Assembly: GCA_017743695.1 (NCBI GenBank)
Contig: JAGHYK010000001.1
Span: 1-54,617, forward strand
Source: Chloroflexota bacterium
GTDB taxonomy: Bacteria > Chloroflexota > Anaerolineae > Anaerolineales > Villigracilaceae
Length of the DNA: 54,617 nucleotides
Direction of reading: 5' to 3'
Positions 7,959 through 17,121 of this stretch are shown in pieces. The notes below the pieces were generated by a model. The model made no database searches, had not been told where the DNA came from, and saw only the letters and a list, made by a program, of their open reading frames with translations. Made by a program: the position numbers and the translations under genes. The stretch's first letter is position 1, and the number at the start of each line of letters is the position of its first letter.

Positions 7959-8639
7959 TTACAGGGTAATATCCAGCAGCCCTTCGGCGACAGCGCGTAA
8001 CTTCTCAGTAGATAGCTCACTCAGGCGCATGGCCAGTTCGAGATAGGGACGATTAACGGGCTTGCTGATGAACTCGCGTAGCTCAAAGGGAAGCTCCAGG
8101 AAGCGTTGAATCTCTCGTTGCTCCGCCATCCAGCGTCCGATAGGACCGCTTTGATCGAAGAAATGTTCGATGGGCGTATCAATGATCTGGAGCAGCAATT
8201 CCAGCTCCGCAAGCGGGATCGGGCGTTCCCCAAGCTCATAGGCCTTTAATCGAGAAATGCTGATTCCGGAACGCTCCGCAAGCGTTTTCAACGACATTCC
8301 GGCATTCATTCGCTCCTGGCGCAGGTTGGCGCCGATCATGCGGTGACGGAGGTTCAGGATCAGAGGCAGGTTTGGCAGGGGCGCCTGCTGGGGAGCTTCG
8401 GAAAGGATTTCTCTTTGCCAGAAGTGATCCAGGGGCAGTTTGAAAAAATAGGCCAGGAGTTCGATCTCAGGCAGGGAAGGGGACTTGCGCCCTTCTTCAT
8501 AGGCACGAAAGGTGGCCGCTTTAACACCCAGCGCCTGCGCGCATTCCCTGACCGTCAGGCGCCTGGCCAGGCGGGCATCACGAATCAACACCCCCAGCGC
8601 TTTGGCGCGTAGCGAAACCTGAATATTGCGAGTGTCCAT
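7959..8639 (-). CDS. XRE-family transcriptional regulator with two helix-turn-helix domains
   Basis: Two HTH_3-like modules (LTVRECAQALGVKAATFRAYEEGRKSPSLPEIELLA and MSLKTLAERSGISISRLKAYELGERPIPLAELELL). Confidence 0.8.
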   Translation of the reverse strand: MDTRNIQVSLRAKALGVLIRDARLARRLTVRECAQALGVKAATFRAYEEGRKSPSLPEIELLAYFFKLPLDHFWQREILSEAPQQAPLPNLPLILNLRHRMIGANLRQERMNAGMSLKTLAERSGISISRLKAYELGERPIPLAELELLLQIIDTPIEHFFDQSGPIGRWMAEQREIQRFLELPFELREFISKPVNRPYLELAMRLSELSTEKLRAVAEGLLDITL

Positions 8640-8664
8640 GTCTCAGATTATACTCCAGGCCTTC

Positions 8665-9969
8665 CTATTTACGTCCGCCCGCGGCAGGATTTGCGCCAAA
8701 AATCCTGGCATCCAGCTTAAATCCTACGGCTTCGAGGCGGGAATAGAACATGGGGCGCAGGCCGGTTGCCTTATGAACACCAAGGATCTTCCCGTCCGGG
8801 GTCAATCCCGTTTGCTCGAACTTGAACAGCTCGCTCATGCTGATCACATCGCCCTCCATGCCCACGATCTCTGTGATCGAGACGATCTTCCGTGACCCAT
8901 CGCGCAGGCGAGATTGCTGGATGATCAAATCCACCGCCGAGGCAATTTGTTGACGCACCACTTTCAGAGGCAAATCCATGCCGGCCATCAGTACCAGGGT
9001 TTCCAGACGGGCCAGGGCATCACGCGGTGAGTTGGCGTGAACGGTGGTCATGGAGCCATCATGGCCGGTGTTCATTGCCTGTAACATGTCCAGTGCTTCG
9101 CCGCCGCGGCATTCTCCGACGACAATGCGGTCCGGGCGCATACGCAGCGCGTTGCGCACCAGGTCGCGGATCGTGACCGCGCCCCTGCCGTTCAGATCGG
9201 GAGGGCGTGACTCCAGGCGCACGACATGTTCCTGCTGCAATTGCAGTTCCGCCGCGTCTTCAATCGTCACGATGCGCTCGTTCTCTGGGATGAAACTGGA
9301 AAGAACATTGAGCAGGGTTGTTTTGCCGGAGCCGGTTCCTCCGGAGATGATGATGTTCAGGCGGGCGGCCACACAGGCGCGCAGAAATTTTGCCATCCCC
9401 TCGCTCAGAGAGCCGAACTGGATCAGTTGTTCGATGCGGAGTTTGTCTTTGCGGAATTTGCGGATGGTAAGGCTTGGGCCATCAATGGCTACGGGTGGAA
9501 TGACGGCGTTGACGCGTGAGCCATCGGGAAGGCGCGCGTCCACCATGGGATATTCCGCATCAATGCGCCGTCCCAGGGGCAGCACAATGCGCTCGATGAT
9601 CCGTATAACGTGTTCGTCATCGTCGAAGGCGATATTCGTGCGCTGCAACATGCCTTTTCTCTCAATGTACACCTTTTTTGGCCCGTTCACCATAATTTCG
9701 CTGATCGTGTCATCTTCCAGCAAGGGCTGAATGGGGCCATAGCCGACAATGTCGTTCAGGGCGGCTTCAACCAGGTCCCTGCGCACTTCTGCTGGCAATG
9801 GGAAGCGCGACTGTTCGATCAGCGCGTTGAGTCGCTCTCGCACGACGTTCTTTTTCTCGGCTGCAGGGATTTCATTTCCCTCCAGAGAGCGGGAGACGAC
9901 GTCAATCAGGTATTTCTTGAAACGAATAATATCGTTGGGGGTGAGACGAGGAGGCAGGGTGTTATTCAT
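8665..9969 (-). CDS. cpaF: CpaF/TadA-type secretion ATPase (Tad/Flp pilus family)
   Basis: Walker A GGTGSGKTT, Asp box ERIVTIEDAAEL, Walker B/His box RPDRIVVGECRG..GHDGSMTTVHANS. Start at ATG 9969, overlapping the upstream stop by 8 nt. Confidence 0.9.
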   Translation of the reverse strand: MNNTLPPRLTPNDIIRFKKYLIDVVSRSLEGNEIPAAEKKNVVRERLNALIEQSRFPLPAEVRRDLVEAALNDIVGYGPIQPLLEDDTISEIMVNGPKKVYIERKGMLQRTNIAFDDDEHVIRIIERIVLPLGRRIDAEYPMVDARLPDGSRVNAVIPPVAIDGPSLTIRKFRKDKLRIEQLIQFGSLSEGMAKFLRACVAARLNIIISGGTGSGKTTLLNVLSSFIPENERIVTIEDAAELQLQQEHVVRLESRPPDLNGRGAVTIRDLVRNALRMRPDRIVVGECRGGEALDMLQAMNTGHDGSMTTVHANSPRDALARLETLVLMAGMDLPLKVVRQQIASAVDLIIQQSRLRDGSRKIVSITEIVGMEGDVISMSELFKFEQTGLTPDGKILGVHKATGLRPMFYSRLEAVGFKLDARIFGANPAAGGRK

Positions 9970-10252
9970 GGTGCTCTGGTTCTTCCTCCAGGGGAATGAC
10001 CCACAGGATTTGTTCACGACGCACGGCGATGAAAGGCGCCTCGTGCAGCACCTTTCCTTCTGCGCTTAAGACCTGTGCCTGGGTCATGGCCAGAAACAGC
10101 TCATTCCGATCCAGCTCATCTTTGACGCGTTCGCCGGGGCGCACGTGGATATATCCGCGGATAGCGTGTATCGTGGTCTGCACCAGGGCCGGCAGGGGCT
10201 GTTTATGCACCACGTCTGTAAACACCTTTCCTTTCTCATCGTATTCAAACAT
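9962..10252 (-). CDS. Small conserved-looking hypothetical protein wedged between tadZ and tadA
   Basis: 96-aa ORF (MFEYDEKGKVFTDVVHKQPL..). It has a strong RBS (ACAGGAGG, 5 nt upstream of ATG 10252). It overlaps the upstream stop (10245) and the downstream start (9969). No motif recognised. Confidence 0.55.
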   Translation of the reverse strand: MFEYDEKGKVFTDVVHKQPLPALVQTTIHAIRGYIHVRPGERVKDELDRNELFLAMTQAQVLSAEGKVLHEAPFIAVRREQILWVIPLEEEPEHHE

Positions 10253-11441
10253 ATATGCCTCCTGTAAGCATTTCCTCACGTAGTTTCTGCATCTTTTTCA
10301 GCACATCACGAATAATATCCTGGAGCGAAATGGCGATCATGTCTTTGGAGAATTTTTCGATCAAAGGCTGATGGAGCTGGTTGGCGACCGTCACATTGCC
10401 GCCGAGATAGGGGATTGTATAAATACTGGCCAGGCCGATCTCCTCATCCACGCGTGCTTTCGGGAGACCTTCCAGGCCGACCGGACGGTTAATGATCGGC
10501 AGGATGCGTTTGGTAGGAATGCCTTTTTTAATCAGAAACTCCAGCACGATGCGTGTAAGCAGGGTGGTGCTGGAGTCGGGCGTGACGACGAGGAGGATGA
10601 CATCTGCCTGTTCCAGGATCGGCAGGCTGATGCGCGAAAGGGAACGCCCCAGGTCTACGAACACGTAGTCAAACGACTCGCGCAGCGCCTCGATGAGCGG
10701 GCCGATGCGTTCGGCGCGTATCTGGTTGGCAGCTTCCGGATCGGGAGGGGCAGCCAGCACGTGAAATCCCCAGGGGAGGATTTGGGGCAATTTTTGCTTC
10801 AACGCCTGGGGTTCAAGGGCCTGGGTGTCCGCCGTGGTCAGGGTGTAGAGGTTAACTGCACCGTTGTATCCGACAATGGACGCGATGGAGCCTAATGGCA
10901 AGACCAGATCTGCCGTGACGATGGAAGCGCCTTTTTCCAGGCGTGCCAGCGTGGCCGCCAGATTGGCACAGAGCGAAGAGGTGCCGGTTCCCCCTTTAGC
11001 GCTTAAGAAGACGATCATTTTGCCATGGGGAATTTGCTTCTTTTTCTCCTCTTCCCGAATCGGGGATTCTATCGGCAAAAATTGTTCCAGCGCGCTGAAA
11101 ATTTTTGAAATATTTTGCGCAGATTTGGTGAAATACTCGTTGAATCCAGCCGAAAGACAGGAAGCGATGCGTTTTGGATCGGGATCGCTGCTGAGGGCCA
11201 GGCAAGGGGTGGAAGCCGTGCGGGGGTCCTTGCGTAGCTTCTGCACCACTTCTTCGCCGCTCAGGTCTGGAAGGCGGGGATCGATCACGATCGCCTCCGG
11301 GCGCTCGCGCCAGGCGAGGATCAGGCCTTCTTTTCCAGAAGCCGCCTGTAAAACTTGATAGCCGCGCTGCGTGAGCGCTCGTCCCAGGTAAATACGGCTG
11401 GGGGCATCTGCATCTATAATCAGCACTCTTTTCTCTTCCAA
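10245..11441 (-). CDS. cpaE: CpaE/TadZ-like protein: receiver domain fused to a ParA/MinD-type ATPase
   Basis: N-terminal REC-like domain (RVLIIDADAPS.., IVIDPRLPDLSG). C-terminal deviant Walker A (FLSAKGGTGTSSLCANLA) and ParA-like motifs (DYVFVDLG). Confidence 0.8.
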   Translation of the reverse strand: MEEKRVLIIDADAPSRIYLGRALTQRGYQVLQAASGKEGLILAWRERPEAIVIDPRLPDLSGEEVVQKLRKDPRTASTPCLALSSDPDPKRIASCLSAGFNEYFTKSAQNISKIFSALEQFLPIESPIREEEKKKQIPHGKMIVFLSAKGGTGTSSLCANLAATLARLEKGASIVTADLVLPLGSIASIVGYNGAVNLYTLTTADTQALEPQALKQKLPQILPWGFHVLAAPPDPEAANQIRAERIGPLIEALRESFDYVFVDLGRSLSRISLPILEQADVILLVVTPDSSTTLLTRIVLEFLIKKGIPTKRILPIINRPVGLEGLPKARVDEEIGLASIYTIPYLGGNVTVANQLHQPLIEKFSKDMIAISLQDIIRDVLKKMQKLREEMLTGGIYV

Positions 11442-11456
11442 AGTTCCTCCTCCCGA

Positions 11457-12143
11457 TCAGACAGGCATCCAGTATCCTTCCCCAGGGCGGGTGAGGATGT
11501 AACGGGGATGGCGAGGGTCGTCTTCCAGCTTCTGGCGCAGGCGGGCAATGGTCACCCAGAGCAACTCACGCTCTTGATCATCATAGTCTGCGCCCCACAC
11601 ATTTTGCAAGAGCCACGTACCAGAAAGTACCTTGCCACGATGAAGGACGAATTGTAACAGCAGACGATATTCGGTCGCCGAAAGCGAGATCGGCACGCCA
11701 CGCTTGGAGACCTCTGCGCGTCCCAGGTCTATTTTCAGATCATTATATTCGATGACCGAGGGCATAGAGGGTTGTCTTGATCCGGTGCGCCGAAGCACAG
11801 CGCGGATGCGCGCCAGCAATTCGATGATCGAAAAGGGCTTCACCACGTAGTCATCCGCACCCGCATTCAATCCTCTCACACGATCCTCTTCGCGATTTTG
11901 CGTCGTCAGGATGATCAGCCCCGCGTCTGAAAAAGAGCGTATGCGCCGACACAGCGTAAACCCGTCCTCATCGGGCAAAAGAATATCCAGCAGCACCAGG
12001 TGCACAGGATGCTCATGGAGTATCTTCAGGGCCTCTTCGCCGCTCTGGGCAGTGAAGACTTCATAACCTTCTGCCCGCAAGTTCGCTTCCAGCAAGTCAA
12101 GATAGGGAAGTTCGCTATCTACAACGAGGATCGAGTAGCTCAT
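11457..12143 (-). CDS. OmpR/PhoB-family response regulator
   Basis: REC domain (ILVVDSE.., LVLLDILLPDEDG, ADDYVVKPF) plus a winged-helix output domain (LSATEYRLLLQFV.., GEGYWM). ATG 12143 forms an ATGA overlap with the kinase stop. Confidence 0.85.
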   Translation of the reverse strand: MSYSILVVDSELPYLDLLEANLRAEGYEVFTAQSGEEALKILHEHPVHLVLLDILLPDEDGFTLCRRIRSFSDAGLIILTTQNREEDRVRGLNAGADDYVVKPFSIIELLARIRAVLRRTGSRQPSMPSVIEYNDLKIDLGRAEVSKRGVPISLSATEYRLLLQFVLHRGKVLSGTWLLQNVWGADYDDQERELLWVTIARLRQKLEDDPRHPRYILTRPGEGYWMPV

Positions 12144-13303
12144 GAAGTTTTTCCTTGCCGGGCAACAGGAAGAAGGATATGAATGGTGGTGCCGCGACCG
12201 GGCGTAGATTCCGCCCATATTTTACCTCCGTGTGCTTCCACGATGCGGCGACAGAGATACAGGCCGAGACCGCTTCCCGATGTGGGGGTGGGTCGAGAGA
12301 AACGTTGAAACAAGCGCCCCAGGATTTCGGCGGACATGCCAGGGCCTGCATCGGAAAAGAACAGATGGACGAAATTCTCTTCGGTTTTCAGGCGGATCAC
12401 CACCGGGGCTTCTGCCGCGTGTCGAGCCACATTGCTGAAGAGATTTTCCAGCACCTGAGTCAGTTGCACCGCATCCCCCCAGATGGGAGGTGTCTGAACA
12501 GCGCTCAGGTAAATCTCCATCTTTGGATAGCGAAAACGAGCGCGCAGGGCTGCATCGCGGAGAAGGCTTTCAATCTGGAGCAATTGAAAGTTTAAGGCGA
12601 TGCTTTTGCTTTCCCAGGCGGAGGAAGCAAGGAGGTTTTCTACCAGTTGGGTGAGGCGATCCGCTTCTTGCGCAATCCCTTGAAGGAATCTGTGCCGGGT
12701 GGAGGCATCCCATGAAACGTCCGGCCGCAACAGGGAATCCACGTACCCTTTGATCACTCCCAGGGGAGAGCGAAACTGGTGGGAAATGGTGCTGAGAAAA
12801 TCCTCTTGCATCCCAAGCTGATGTCGCAGTGCCTCCGCTTCGTTTTCTTTTTCGGCTAACATGCGTCGCATCAGGACGAGTCGCATCAGCGCCGCGGTTT
12901 CATCGGCCTGGGCCAGCGCAGAGTCGTCGAAGGCAGGGCCACCGAAACGGGCAAATACCACCACCCAACGCGATTGGGAAACCGCAAGGGGAAGTCCCAG
13001 GAGATGAGCCTGCTGCAGGCGATCCATCGTTGAAGAAGCGGATGGGGGCGCAACCAGCAAACGCTCCTGACGTTGAAGCACCTCGGCGGCCAGCGTCTCT
13101 CCCCAGGCAGCATCTGCTTCGGCGCTGCGCCCACGGCCAAAGGCGCGCGCATATTCCACTTCCAGATCATCCCCTTGCTGGCGATACAGGGCTACGTTGT
13201 CGAAGATGAATTGGGGGCGACGCTGCAGCAAAAGTTCATCCAGGGCCCTTCGCCAGGGGAGCGACTCAAGCTGATGGAACAGGTGGAGCAGTTCGGCCAT
13301 CAT
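12140..13303 (-). CDS. Cytoplasmic sensor histidine kinase (GAF-like N-terminus, HisKA, HATPase_c)
   Basis: H-box FLSTISHQFRSPL, N-box LENLFSNVARH, G-boxes DAGPGM and GSGLGLYLCRRIVEAHGG. No TM helix is evident. Confidence 0.85.
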   Translation of the reverse strand: MMAELLHLFHQLESLPWRRALDELLLQRRPQFIFDNVALYRQQGDDLEVEYARAFGRGRSAEADAAWGETLAAEVLQRQERLLVAPPSASSTMDRLQQAHLLGLPLAVSQSRWVVVFARFGGPAFDDSALAQADETAALMRLVLMRRMLAEKENEAEALRHQLGMQEDFLSTISHQFRSPLGVIKGYVDSLLRPDVSWDASTRHRFLQGIAQEADRLTQLVENLLASSAWESKSIALNFQLLQIESLLRDAALRARFRYPKMEIYLSAVQTPPIWGDAVQLTQVLENLFSNVARHAAEAPVVIRLKTEENFVHLFFSDAGPGMSAEILGRLFQRFSRPTPTSGSGLGLYLCRRIVEAHGGKIWAESTPGRGTTIHILLPVARQGKTS

Positions 13304-13906
13304 CTACCTTTTGACCAGGCGTGAGCGATACAGCCAGAGGGTGAAAGAAAATGCCAGAAGGAAAGCTAACAGGGTCAACGGCCAGAGCCACGCTTTCCAG
13401 CTCAAGGCGTGCTGGAAGAAGAAGATCGAGGCCGCAAAGGTCATGCCGGTCACCAGAGCGACTTCCAGAGCCATGTAAAACGACAGGCTATCTGTTTTCC
13501 AGGGAGGAGGGAGCGTCTCATCTTGCCAGCGAAAGGCCGCTTCCAGTTGTGGTAAGTGGTGGATGTAGAAACGTTTGATCTGATTCATCGCCCGCGCTGC
13601 CTCATGCCAGGCGAGTCGCAAGCGTGCAAGCTGAAGTGCTGTCAGAACGCCGAAAACGCTCAGGAGCAGGAAGAGGGCGCTCAAAATGAAAAGCAGGCTC
13701 TGGGAAAAACGCGCCGTTCCACCGCCGATTTGTGCACCGAAGATCGTGGCTGCCAGGGAGCCAACGGAAACGACGAAGAACGAGGTCGCTTTGCTGCGAT
13801 CCTCATTCGCCTGGAAGGCGGAGGTCGCAATGTATTCAAATTCAGCCATCAGAATTTCATCCGGGGATAGCTCAGGCATCCTGGCCTCCAGTTCAGAGAA
13901 GCTCAA
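13304..13906 (-). CDS. Hypothetical integral membrane protein (about 4 TM helices)
   Basis: 200-aa ORF with four long hydrophobic segments. It abuts the kinase start (0-nt gap) and overlaps the DUF503 gene by 14 nt. No catalytic motif recognised. Confidence 0.5.
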   Translation of the reverse strand: MSFSELEARMPELSPDEILMAEFEYIATSAFQANEDRSKATSFFVVSVGSLAATIFGAQIGGGTARFSQSLLFILSALFLLLSVFGVLTALQLARLRLAWHEAARAMNQIKRFYIHHLPQLEAAFRWQDETLPPPWKTDSLSFYMALEVALVTGMTFAASIFFFQHALSWKAWLWPLTLLAFLLAFSFTLWLYRSRLVKR

Positions 13907-14174
13907 TGCGCTCAGAGAGGATCCAACCCTCTGACCAGTTTTGCTCTATCCAGTGTATCACTTTTTGGAGGGAACTGTGGATAAAGGTGGGGTCGCGATT
14001 GACCAGGGCGCAGGCCACGAGCGCTTCCTGCCAGCGATCCTGATAATCCATTTCAGCCACCGACAGGTTGAAGTTCCGTTGCAGATGAACCAGCAGCGGC
14101 TTGAGCCGATGACGCTTTTCTTTCAACGACGTGCAGGCAGGCAGGTGCAGATGAAGGATGAGCACTCCGATCAT
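13893..14174 (-). CDS. DUF503-family small protein (YlxP-like)
   Basis: 93 aa. MIGVLILHLHLPACTSLKEKRHRLKPLLVHLQRNFNLSVAEMDYQDRWQ.. resembles the DUF503 pattern (hLxL.l....SLKeKR...k.l...l...f.vsvaE.d.qD.w) recalled from memory. Confidence 0.65.
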   Translation of the reverse strand: MIGVLILHLHLPACTSLKEKRHRLKPLLVHLQRNFNLSVAEMDYQDRWQEALVACALVNRDPTFIHSSLQKVIHWIEQNWSEGWILSERIELL

Positions 14175-14181
14175 GGTCTTC

Positions 14182-15672
14182 TCACGGGGCGCCAGCGAGG
14201 ATCTGGCTGAAACCCTCCGCGTATTCGCTGGCGATCACGATGTCGAAGCCGCGCTGTAGCCTTCCCTGATACGGTTTGGGGCCATTTTGCGCCACCCAGC
14301 CCTCGAGGTTGAAGCCCAGCGGCCCATCCGCCAGGATCCATTCCCCGTTATATTTGCGCGCGATGTGCACATGGGTTCCTGTTGCGCGCCCGCTTTCACA
14401 GGAAGGGTAGCCGATCTTTTCGCCCGCATGTACCGTTTGCCCGACCGCGGCGCGGCCCTCTGTAGCCAGGTGCAGGTAGAAGATCGTCCATCCGGTGCGT
14501 TCGTCGCCATCGCCATCCAGGTCCAGTATCAATCCGTTCGCGCCCGATCGCACGATGACTCCATCCGCCATGGCGACCACGAAATCCTGTGCTGCAGGTG
14601 TCATGCATCCGCGTTGGGTGGCCGGGGGAGCGAAATCCAGCGCGGCCCAGGGGAAGCCTGTGCCCCAGCCGGTATGGGGGCCGCCGGTATATGCCCAGCG
14701 TCTGCCCGCAGGGAAGGGCAATCGTAAAGGGGGTTGGGTCAGGTTGCCGGGGATGAGTACTGCCTTTTCTGCCCAGGGATCGCCAAACAATCGGCGATAT
14801 GTTGCCAAAAGCCCGTTGGGGCCTATGGCCTGCTCAAACACTTCGCCTGCAAACAGACGGGAGAAGTAATACTGCACGGCGACCGAGGCCGCGTTCTGCC
14901 AGGGATCCGGGCGATACAGGCGACCATCGGGCAGTTCAAATTCGGTCAGTTTCCCTGAGCGCCAGCCGTAGTAACCATGATTCAGGGTGTTCGCAGCCCA
15001 TACCAGTTGCAGATAGACGCCGCGATGGTATGGATCGCGATACCCCAGCGTGTATCCTCCCGTTTGCGGCAATTCCGGGTTGCTCAGGGCCTGGCTCTGA
15101 TATTCCAGGATCGCCAGCAGCAGGCGGGGACTGATGCTGAAATCCGTGGCCACCTGTTCGACCATGCCGGCGCCATCTTTCCAGGAACTGGCCACATAAT
15201 CTCGAAAGTCTTTCAGCCAGCCGCGCTGCGCTGTCACAAAGGCAGAGGTATTGAAGCCGCGGTCCCCCGGACCGTAAACGAAGGCGATGTCCGGCAGGGA
15301 GTGGAAGGTCGTTCCCCATAGAGGCAGATAGTAGATGGGGATTTTCATCGGCATTCCGGGGGGCAGGGTCGTGGCCTGTTCTGGAATGAAAGGGTTTGCC
15401 TGCAAAATCTCCCTGACGGTTGTGTTAAAGCGTGCCGCCAGCGCCGGCAGCGTGTCCCCATCCTGGGCAATGTAATCCACCAGTTCCCCTGGCGCATAGA
15501 CGGGGCGAGTCGGAGAGGGGGAAAGGGTCGGGCCTGGCGTAGCGGGTGGGAGCAACGGGAGCGTATCCCCCGATCCAGACGCCTGGCAGGCCGTGAGCAG
15601 AATCAGGAGGAGAAGAAAAAAGGAGCGCATCAGGAGAATGGGCGAGAGACGGACGCCTCGTTTTTCTACCAT
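14182..15672 (-). CDS. Lipoprotein peptidoglycan hydrolase: LysM domain plus M23 metallopeptidase
   Basis: Signal/lipobox LLLILLTAC. LysM (YIAQDGDTLPALAARFNTTVREILQANP). M23 motifs (FYLHLA.., GEKIGYP.., GTHVHIA). Confidence 0.8.
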   Translation of the reverse strand: MVEKRGVRLSPILLMRSFFLLLLILLTACQASGSGDTLPLLPPATPGPTLSPSPTRPVYAPGELVDYIAQDGDTLPALAARFNTTVREILQANPFIPEQATTLPPGMPMKIPIYYLPLWGTTFHSLPDIAFVYGPGDRGFNTSAFVTAQRGWLKDFRDYVASSWKDGAGMVEQVATDFSISPRLLLAILEYQSQALSNPELPQTGGYTLGYRDPYHRGVYLQLVWAANTLNHGYYGWRSGKLTEFELPDGRLYRPDPWQNAASVAVQYYFSRLFAGEVFEQAIGPNGLLATYRRLFGDPWAEKAVLIPGNLTQPPLRLPFPAGRRWAYTGGPHTGWGTGFPWAALDFAPPATQRGCMTPAAQDFVVAMADGVIVRSGANGLILDLDGDGDERTGWTIFYLHLATEGRAAVGQTVHAGEKIGYPSCESGRATGTHVHIARKYNGEWILADGPLGFNLEGWVAQNGPKPYQGRLQRGFDIVIASEYAEGFSQILAGAP

Positions 15673-15702
15673 GGCAGAGAGGTCAGGGATGGTGCGTGCG
15701 GC

Positions 15703-17121
15703 CTAATAAGGCAGCATCAGTTGATTGCCCGCAGGGCCGAGTAAGCGCAAAAATACAGGCCAGAAAGTCACGACCCGTTCCACCCAGTAAATCACCAGGA
15801 AGAGGGTGACAATGGCGGCCAGATACAGGGCGCCGCGCTTCGCTTCGGGCGCCGCACGCCGGCCCCGCGTCCAAAAGTGGACTGCGAGCAGGCTGAAGAG
15901 GGGCACCAGTGTCAGATGGAAACGTTCTTCAGACAGGATCAGGAGATGGGGTAGCAAATATCCGATGAAGAGATATGCCAGAAGGCGCTGCGTGCTTTCC
16001 TCTGCCAGGAAGGCCCAACCCCAAATCCCCCCAATGGCTATGCTCCACCATGGAAGGGTGAGCAGGAGATAAATGGCGATCAGCAGAACGGGAGGGAGAG
16101 GGCCAAGTAAGTTACTGGCGTAAAAGAAGGTAAAGGCGCGCCATTCCGGGGCGAAAAAGTGCCCGAAGCGCCGCAATACCAGGAAAAGCGCACGGCCGGG
16201 CGATTGGCGGATGAATTCGATCGCTTTTTGCGTTCCAATGCGATCTCGTTCCGCATCGTCCACAATTGTGAGCAGGTCAAGGGAGGGGCCAAATGTAAAT
16301 GTGCCATCCGATTGGGGGTGATAGCCCACGTACAAATTATAGCCCATGGAGGTTTCCAGCCCGGTCAGGCGATGGTGTAAAAGGGAGTTACGCAACATCC
16401 AGGGGAAAATGGTGAGGAAAAGGGTCACTCCAGCGACCAGTGCGTAACGGTACAGGCGACGATCCAGGATCAGCCAGAGGAGCGCCGCCGCGGCCATGAG
16501 CAGCACCACCGAACGGGTGAGCGCAGCCAGCCCAAACGAGAAGCCCAGCGCCATCGCACCGCCCCAGGAAGGGGATTCTCCGAGACGTACGAGCAGCAGG
16601 ATGGAAAGCAAGACCAGGAGGAAGAACAGGTTTTCGGTGGCTAACGCCAGAGGGAAAGCGATCAGCATTGGGTAAAAGGTCACGCTCCAGGCGGCAGCGC
16701 GGGCCACGCCTTCGTTGAACAGTCTACGCCCCAGCAACCAGGTAAGCAGCGGAAGGAGGGCGGCGAGAAAGGACTGTACGAGGCGGGCAGCGAAAAATCG
16801 CCCTTCCAGTCCGTTCAGGGAGTAGATCAAGGCCAGGAAGAGGGGATAGAGCGGCGCCCGGAAAGAAGTCAAAACGCCGCGGGGATCGTAGGGGACGCGG
16901 CTCAGGTCGAGGGGCACAAATTTGAGGATGAGATGAAGGTCCGGGGAGGCATACCAGCGGAAGCCGTTACCGCTCGCCAGACTGCGCCCCAGCATATCGT
17001 ACTGGAACATATCATCCAGGCCGATCCCCAGGGAGCGCGTCAGGAGCACCGGGATCAGACGCACTCCCCAGGCAATGGCAAACAACAGCAGTGGAAAGCT
17101 ATACCGTTTCAACCAGTGCAT
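15703..17121 (-). CDS. GT-C fold glycosyltransferase (ArnT/PMT, GT39/83-like)
   Basis: 472 aa and polytopic. It has the first-loop acidic motif GLDDMFQYDMLGRSLASGNGF typical of ArnT/PMT-type lipid-linked sugar transferases. Confidence 0.75.
   Translation of the reverse strand: MHWLKRYSFPLLLFAIAWGVRLIPVLLTRSLGIGLDDMFQYDMLGRSLASGNGFRWYASPDLHLILKFVPLDLSRVPYDPRGVLTSFRAPLYPLFLALIYSLNGLEGRFFAARLVQSFLAALLPLLTWLLGRRLFNEGVARAAAWSVTFYPMLIAFPLALATENLFFLLVLLSILLLVRLGESPSWGGAMALGFSFGLAALTRSVVLLMAAAALLWLILDRRLYRYALVAGVTLFLTIFPWMLRNSLLHHRLTGLETSMGYNLYVGYHPQSDGTFTFGPSLDLLTIVDDAERDRIGTQKAIEFIRQSPGRALFLVLRRFGHFFAPEWRAFTFFYASNLLGPLPPVLLIAIYLLLTLPWWSIAIGGIWGWAFLAEESTQRLLAYLFIGYLLPHLLILSEERFHLTLVPLFSLLAVHFWTRGRRAAPEAKRGALYLAAIVTLFLVIYWVERVVTFWPVFLRLLGPAGNQLMLPY

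Noticed and set aside
7959-8639. XRE regulator plus downstream GNAT as a toxin-antitoxin pair
   Set aside because: The genes are separated by a TPR gene. The GNAT is a 293-aa two-domain enzyme rather than a small TacT/AtaT-like toxin. The XRE protein is a 226-aa double-HTH regulator. This architecture does not fit known GNAT toxin-antitoxin modules.
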